DNA from: Amoebidium appalachense
Lineage: Eukaryota > Protista > Ichthyosporea
Assembly (NCBI GenBank): GCA_963693365.1
Contig: CAVNZM010000013.1
Coordinates: forward strand, 62,001 to 126,000
Length of the DNA stretch: 64,000 nucleotides
Reading direction: 5' to 3'
Every line of letters begins with the position of its first letter. The stretch's first letter is position 1. The notes beneath the pieces were generated by a model. It had not been told where the DNA came from, searched no databases, and worked only from the letters and a program-made list of their open reading frames with translations. Below, piece by piece: positions 57,716-64,000 of the stretch. The position numbers were made by a program, and so were the translations under genes.

Positions 57716-58899
57716 AGGATAAAAAGGATGTGAGGAGGACGGATTGTATCGTGAGTCGATGTGTAAGTGCGTAGGGCAGGCTGGATCGGGGAAGGGTGGT
57801 GTGTGTGTGGGTGGGTGGGTGGGTGGGTGGGTGGGGGGGGGGGGGGGGGGGGGGGGTTGGTCACACTTGAGATTGATTCACTTCAAGGCTTGCTCTATCT
57901 TGGCACAAACAACTACACAATACCACAAAATTCATACACAAGTGCACACCCTAAGAACAATGGAACACATACACTTTCGCACACCCATTTGTATGTTTAG
58001 TACACGGGGGAATATGCAATGCTTCAACGAGGTTGCTGTTCACACCACCTTTATACCATGTTAATATAGTAGTGTGTCAGACGCAGACGCTGATGTGAGC
58101 AGCCTTCTATCTTTTGTGTTGACTTTGGTTTTTCTTTCTTGTCTTACTATTCTTGCTTCCATCAAGCAGTGCCCCGGGGGATTGGAGGGGTTTTCCCCAT
58201 TTTTTATTATTACTTACAAGTAATATTATTTTTTATTTTTTTGGGGGGAAGGGGGGGGGGGGAGCGGATGGATTCGACGCTTAATACTCGCCAGTCTCTC
58301 TTGTATGCTTTGCCCCACAACACACAGTAAGTTAAACGAACAATTTAAAGATGGTTTCTGAATGCATGAATGAGTGAATCCTATTAATCAGCCTAGACGG
58401 CTATCTTTTTACGTTTTTCCTTTTTTTTTTTCAAATAAAGGCTTTATGCTCCATGTTTCTTTTGGATGGGCATCAAATGCCCCCTTCTAGATCTCTGTCT
58501 GCCTCCCCCCCCCCCCCCCCCCCCCCCCCCGGCTCCCCCCGGGGGCTCCCCCTGCTAATGTCGATCCTTTCCTTTGCTCCTCTCAATGCATACATCCCCC
58601 AACTACTTCGAGGTATCGATTGTCTTGAGTGAAAGTTTGAAGGCGGGACCGTCTTACATTTATGTGATTACGGCTAATTATTAGATTGACTTACCCCCTC
58701 CTCCCCCTTCCCCCCTCCCCCCTCCCCTCACCACCACCACCACGTACACCACCCACCCACTCACCCACCACACTGCCCCCCTACCCCCCCCCGCCCCCCC
58801 CTCCCCCCACCGTGTGGTCTTGTTGCATACATACCGTGCTCTTGCATACCTGTCCTGTCTTTTACACTTCGTCCCGCATTTCGATTATAAACTGTTATT

Positions 58900-58930
<31 letters not shown>

Positions 58931-60132
58931 AACCCCCGCCCCGGTCACGGATTTGCCCGCCTACCTGCCTCTGGGTCATGCCACACATGCACAAACGCTG
59001 ACATAACGATCACGTGAAAAGACATGCATAACACACCCATGTTCGGCTGACATAACGATCACGTAAAAAGACATGCATAAACACCCATGTTCACACACGT
59101 GCACATGTACATATGCATGTACTCACGTGCATGTGCACACCCACTGTTGCATTGTCATATCGTGTGCCAGGTCTTGCCCACACATGTACATAGCCGTGCC
59201 CCACCCCCCCTGCCCCCCCCACCCCCTCTTCTTCCCCCCTCCCCCTTCCCCCCTCCCCCCGCCAATCCCCTCTCCTCCCCCCGCCACCCACCCACCCACC
59301 ACCACCACCACCACCGTGTCACACCGTGCCCACCTCCCCCCCCCCCCCCCTCCCCCTCTTCCCCCCCCCTCCCCCTTCTCCCCTCCCCCCGCCACTCCCC
59401 TCCCCCCCGCCACCCACCCACCCACCACCACCACCACCACCGTGTCACACCGTGCCCACCTCCCCCCCCCCCCCTTCCCCCCCCCCCCCGGGCCCCCACT
59501 CCCCCCCTCCCCCTCCCCCCAGCCTTCTCGAGCCCCCACATGTACACCACCACCACCAGGCACACACACACACGCATGTGTGCACAGTGTCACACACACA
59601 CACTTACACACGCACACACGGCACACACAACCTCGTGGACTGTACTCCTCCTCCCTGAGTTGAGACTAACCTACCCGCCGCCCAAACCCACCCGTGATCC
59701 ACCCACCAGAATCGATCATGGGTTAACATACTTATTACTTCACGTGGCGCCTGAGGCTCTGCCGGTGAGATAGATCTAGTTCGATTCCTTGATTCGAACC
59801 CACACTTATGCCATGCACAACGTACAGGCCCCCTAGGCCATGTGTGCCGGTTCACATTAATTTGGATTCCATGCGTACGTGGACTCGCATCCCTGATGGT
59901 CATATTCACATGCACAATGCGAGTATGGTTAGGTGAGAATATGGTGACACCTTGATGCATGTATAATTAGAAAACAATAAAAAAATAAGGAATAACCGTG
60001 CATCAGGTACACACGTTGCGATATTGCATATATGCACACACAATCACACACACACAAGCACACAGGCACATATGCACACACACAAGCGCGCACATACACA
60101 CGTGCGCGCACATTCATGCACGGGCGCGCGCG

Positions 60133-60250
<118 letters not shown>

Positions 60251-60251
60251 G

Positions 60252-60284
<33 letters not shown>

Positions 60285-60335
60285 GTCACACACACACACA
60301 TACACACACACGCACACGCACACACACACACAGTG

Positions 60336-60400
<65 letters not shown>

Positions 60401-60670
60401 TACACAAAACCCGATGGTGAACAATGTTTTTCCAGGGCCCTAAACAACACACCGAGCGAGCAGATCTCATGCAACGGCGCAACACAGTAATAATGCGTAC
60501 GGAGCGGATGGTGTATATTAGTGGCCGAGTCAATATGCCTACGTGACTTGCGGAATTGAATACCAGAATGGATATTGATCGGTCACAGGCAAACGTTAGA
60601 ATTTGCGGGTGTGTGCGCGTGCTACTGGAGTGTGGCGTCGGTGGTGGTGGTGCTGGTTTTGGGGGGGGAA

Positions 60671-60710
<40 letters not shown>

Positions 60711-61185
60711 GGGAAGGCTGGAGAGGGGAAAAAGGGGGGGGGGGGGGGGGGGACAGGGACCTTGGCTCACTACACTATACCTTTATTTTTGGTTCGACAA
60801 TGTCACGGCACCACAAATAGTCTACTGGAAGTAAATATCCACACAAAACGTTGCCTATTAACGCCGAAGCCGTGTGTACAATATTATACACATGTTTATC
60901 ATTTCGATATGTCATAGCAATTTGAGTGAGACCACAGTCTTTGAAATAATGATCACTGGAGGTATCTAAACCATTCAGAACTTAGACCCATCGTGAGCAG
61001 GTAACGTAGCCTATAAAAATAATTACTAATACATTTGCACATACAGTGTAATGAAATATAGCAGCTCAGTTGTAAGAAAAATTGGTTCATACATTCATCA
61101 CAGCATAAAAAGGAAATCACCCGCCACCTGAATTCAGAAACTGGTTTCTTATGACTTGGGTGTCAGATCGTGTGCAAGTGTGTGT

Positions 61186-61222
<37 letters not shown>

Positions 61223-61229
61223 CTCAGAA

Positions 61230-61283
<54 letters not shown>

Positions 61284-61372
61284 TGTGTGTGTGCGGTGGT
61301 CACCCAGGTATGTGTGAGGGTATCGGGTGTGTGCATGGACGGTTAGGGGTTTTGTGTGTTTTTTTTTTTTTT

Positions 61373-61423
<51 letters not shown>

Positions 61424-61463
61424 TGAAAAGTATGCAAGGAACTGAATGATATATTTCGATATT

Positions 61464-62312
61464 CTATCCCAGCATAGGAAAAGCAGATTCAAACAATCTC
61501 TGGTGCTGCCGAGATACCGCCGGGACGAGCCGCGCTTTTGAGCTGTCCGAGAGCGAGTTGGTCCGATGGGCCAGGGTCTTTTCCAGCCCAGTTGCCAAGT
61601 CATTCATTTGTTGCAGATCCGATTCACCAATATCGGGGGTGCTGCGATCGAAAATTTCAAACTCCACGGGACGCCAACTCACGGACTTTCTCCTTTTTTC
61701 CACCTGGTTGTTGGTTTGGGCAGGCTCATCGGCCGGTTGTTCCTGTCGCCATGTGGGCTCTGGGAGAGGAACGGAATGGCGCGCAGGTGGGTGAGGGCGT
61801 GTGGATTGGGGTTGGAATCGAGAATGAGCGCCCATGTGGTCGGGTGGGGAGTTTGGTTGAGCCTCGTATCTGCGCTCTCCCCATTTTTGCTCACGTTTGT
61901 ATGCCTGTTCGTAGTTTCGTTGCATGGGGGATTGGTTTGGGTAAGACCGCGACAGGGGATGCTCGGGCATGCTGTGGCGAGCTTCGGAAGACCCGTGCCC
62001 TGTAGAGCTTGCGCTGTGGATGCGTGGTGATATTTCCCTGTTATTTTCTCTCCAAAAAGGATATGGGTCTGTGTGGTGACGCGCGTGTGTCGTGTGGCGG
62101 GGGCGATAAACGACAGAACCGCCATGATCGACACATTTCTCGTAATAGACGTACGTCTCGTGGTCAGAGGAGTGTCCTGTTGGACTGGAAAACGGGCGCC
62201 TGTGTGGCTCCCTCTCGGTAAAAACCACGTTTCTGTGCTTCAAATCCCATGGCATGTTTGGTGAGTGGGGCGCTGAATGCGCCTTTGGTGAATGGCAAAT
62301 CTCCGCTGCCAT
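61464..62312 (-). CDS. Hypothetical protein, 282 aa, largely disordered
   Basis: ATG-started, non-repetitive 849-bp ORF in an otherwise microsatellite-rich area; no recognisable domain; further exons possible. Confidence 0.55.
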   Translation of the reverse strand: MAAEICHSPKAHSAPHSPNMPWDLKHRNVVFTEREPHRRPFSSPTGHSSDHETYVYYEKCVDHGGSVVYRPRHTTHARHHTDPYPFWRENNREISPRIHSASSTGHGSSEARHSMPEHPLSRSYPNQSPMQRNYEQAYKREQKWGERRYEAQPNSPPDHMGAHSRFQPQSTRPHPPARHSVPLPEPTWRQEQPADEPAQTNNQVEKRRKSVSWRPVEFEIFDRSTPDIGESDLQQMNDLATGLEKTLAHRTNSLSDSSKARLVPAVSRQHQRLFESAFPMLG

Positions 62313-63605
62313 TTCTACGCTGTCACTGAAGCGGGAACTTCAACAGAAACCTTGATTGTTCAGGGGGTAAAAAAAAGGAAGGGTTGCTTTGGAGGTGATA
62401 TTTTGCACGCGCTGTGGCACGGGGTAGAGATTATAGTAAAAGCCGATGTGGGTGATTGAAAGCAGAGAGTTTTGGTGCACCATTGCAGTATGCACACCAA
62501 AAGGCCATTCAACACGCGTCAAAGTTTGTATTGCTGAGTTTCTCTTCTTTATTCGGTTTCGTCACGGTGGTTCTCTATCTTCCTCAAAGCTTGCTGGGGA
62601 GTATGTCAATGTTGTGTTTTACTTTTTGGGGGGCACCTAAGTGTTTAAAGCTTCAACCTTTTTCAACATGTAGAGGTCAAAGACATTAACTGAAAGCTTG
62701 CTTATTCGTACACAGTTTCGCTGGCCCGGGTACCATATCAGGAGCGGGCAATTTTTGAATTCTCCCTCCCCGGCCCCGCCGGGGAAAATTTGAGGTTTTT
62801 GGACCTCAAAGAAGTCAAATCCTGCAAAATCCACTACCGGGAGGCCAAAAAGGGTGATTTTACAAAAAAGGAGGGACATACATGAAAAAGAGAAAATGGG
62901 CGAGTTCAGTGGGCTGCCGATAAGTATATTTCGTGCTGGGCCGGTATACATGCTGCCGTGGTTGTTGCTGTAGACGGCAGTATGGCATCGCATGTGTCAC
63001 GTGACCTGCACGTGAATGCGACCATGTGCAGGCACTGAGTCTAGGGGGATTTGTATGTGTGTTTTGGAGCACCGACAAGGCAGAGCCAGGGTGAGGGATG
63101 TGTAAACATGGAGTTTAGGGAGATCGTGCTGCTATTGTAACATGTGCACAAAACAGCCACGTGCACCGGCACACTCCGGTGTACAGAACAATAATATGCA
63201 CATGCGTCACTGTAATATCATGTATGCGCATGCCGCACAAGGTTTAGGAGACCACCACAGTATATACTATTTTCTTTTGGTTGATATCCATGTAGGAATG
63301 GTGTGTTGCAGTTGTCATGATCAGCCTGAGGCAGGCACGTGCACTCACTGAATCACTAGAACTCATGAATAAAAAATACATTCGCTAAAAACGGCAAGGT
63401 AAATTTGGGGCCAAGCTATTATTTCCCCCTTTTAAACGTTTTTTTAGCTCCAAGAACTTCGACGCCAAAATTTCTATATTTGGCCATCGTATATGATAAT
63501 GAACACGTGTACTTAAATTAAAGTAGTTATATAAATATGAGCGGCCCGTTACAAATACAGTGACGAAAAACAGTGACCCACGAGCAGTTTTTCTTTCTAT
63601 CCCCC

Positions 63606-63636
<31 letters not shown>

Positions 63637-64000
63637 ACACACACACACCAGACACACACACCACCACCACGGTGACCACCACCACCACCACCACCACCAC
63701 TCACCCCTTAAAAAAACCACACACATACGTGCACGTGTACACACACACACAGAACACCACCACCACCTCCACTGGACCCCATTTCCTCGTTGTTTTCTTA
63801 AGCCTTCAGACCAGTCCTGCACACTGGAGTTAAACAATTGAATTCACCTAGGCTGACATGCATCCACCCCCGCCTTCCACTTCCCCTCCCCCCCACCCCC
63901 TCCCCCCACCCCCCCCACCCCCACCCCTCCCCCTCGATGAAGAAGGGCCCCCGTAAGCCTTGGGGGGGGGGGGGGGGAGGGGGGAGGGGAAGGGGGAGCT

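Noticed and set aside
62685-62795. Sm-site-like GCAATTTTTGA followed by a GC hairpin (U4 snRNA?)
   Set aside because: The upstream sequence does not resemble the U4 5' region.

Overview
Eukaryotic, intron-rich genomic DNA with abundant (CA)n/(GT)n and poly-C/poly-G tracts; organism not determinable (the TE mix would fit a unicellular holozoan or fungus-like lineage, inference only). Left 26 kb: a nested transposon stack. Non-LTR retroelement remnants flank a Copia LTR retrotransposon whose gag is split by a 17.4-kb DNA transposon (4497-21934) with bipartite, asymmetrically spaced terminal inverted repeats, a CCC target duplication and an intron-containing Plavaka/CMC-type transposase remnant. 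That transposon carries two near-identical, full-length Ngaro-type tyrosine-recombinase retrotransposons with split direct repeats (A1-gag-RT/RH-YR-B1-A2-U-B2). Right 38 kb: host genes reconstructed by hand from GT-AG exons: a 10-exon TIC32/RDH-like SDR (-), 12-exon MYG1 (+), a 5-exon claudin-superfamily tetraspan ending in -TYL (-), a 2-exon membrane-anchored CX5R phosphatase (+) and an unknown 282-aa ORF (-). Their introns hold amplified splice-signal arrays and a short repeat family ending in poly-C. All calls are by eye; no searches or folding programs were run.
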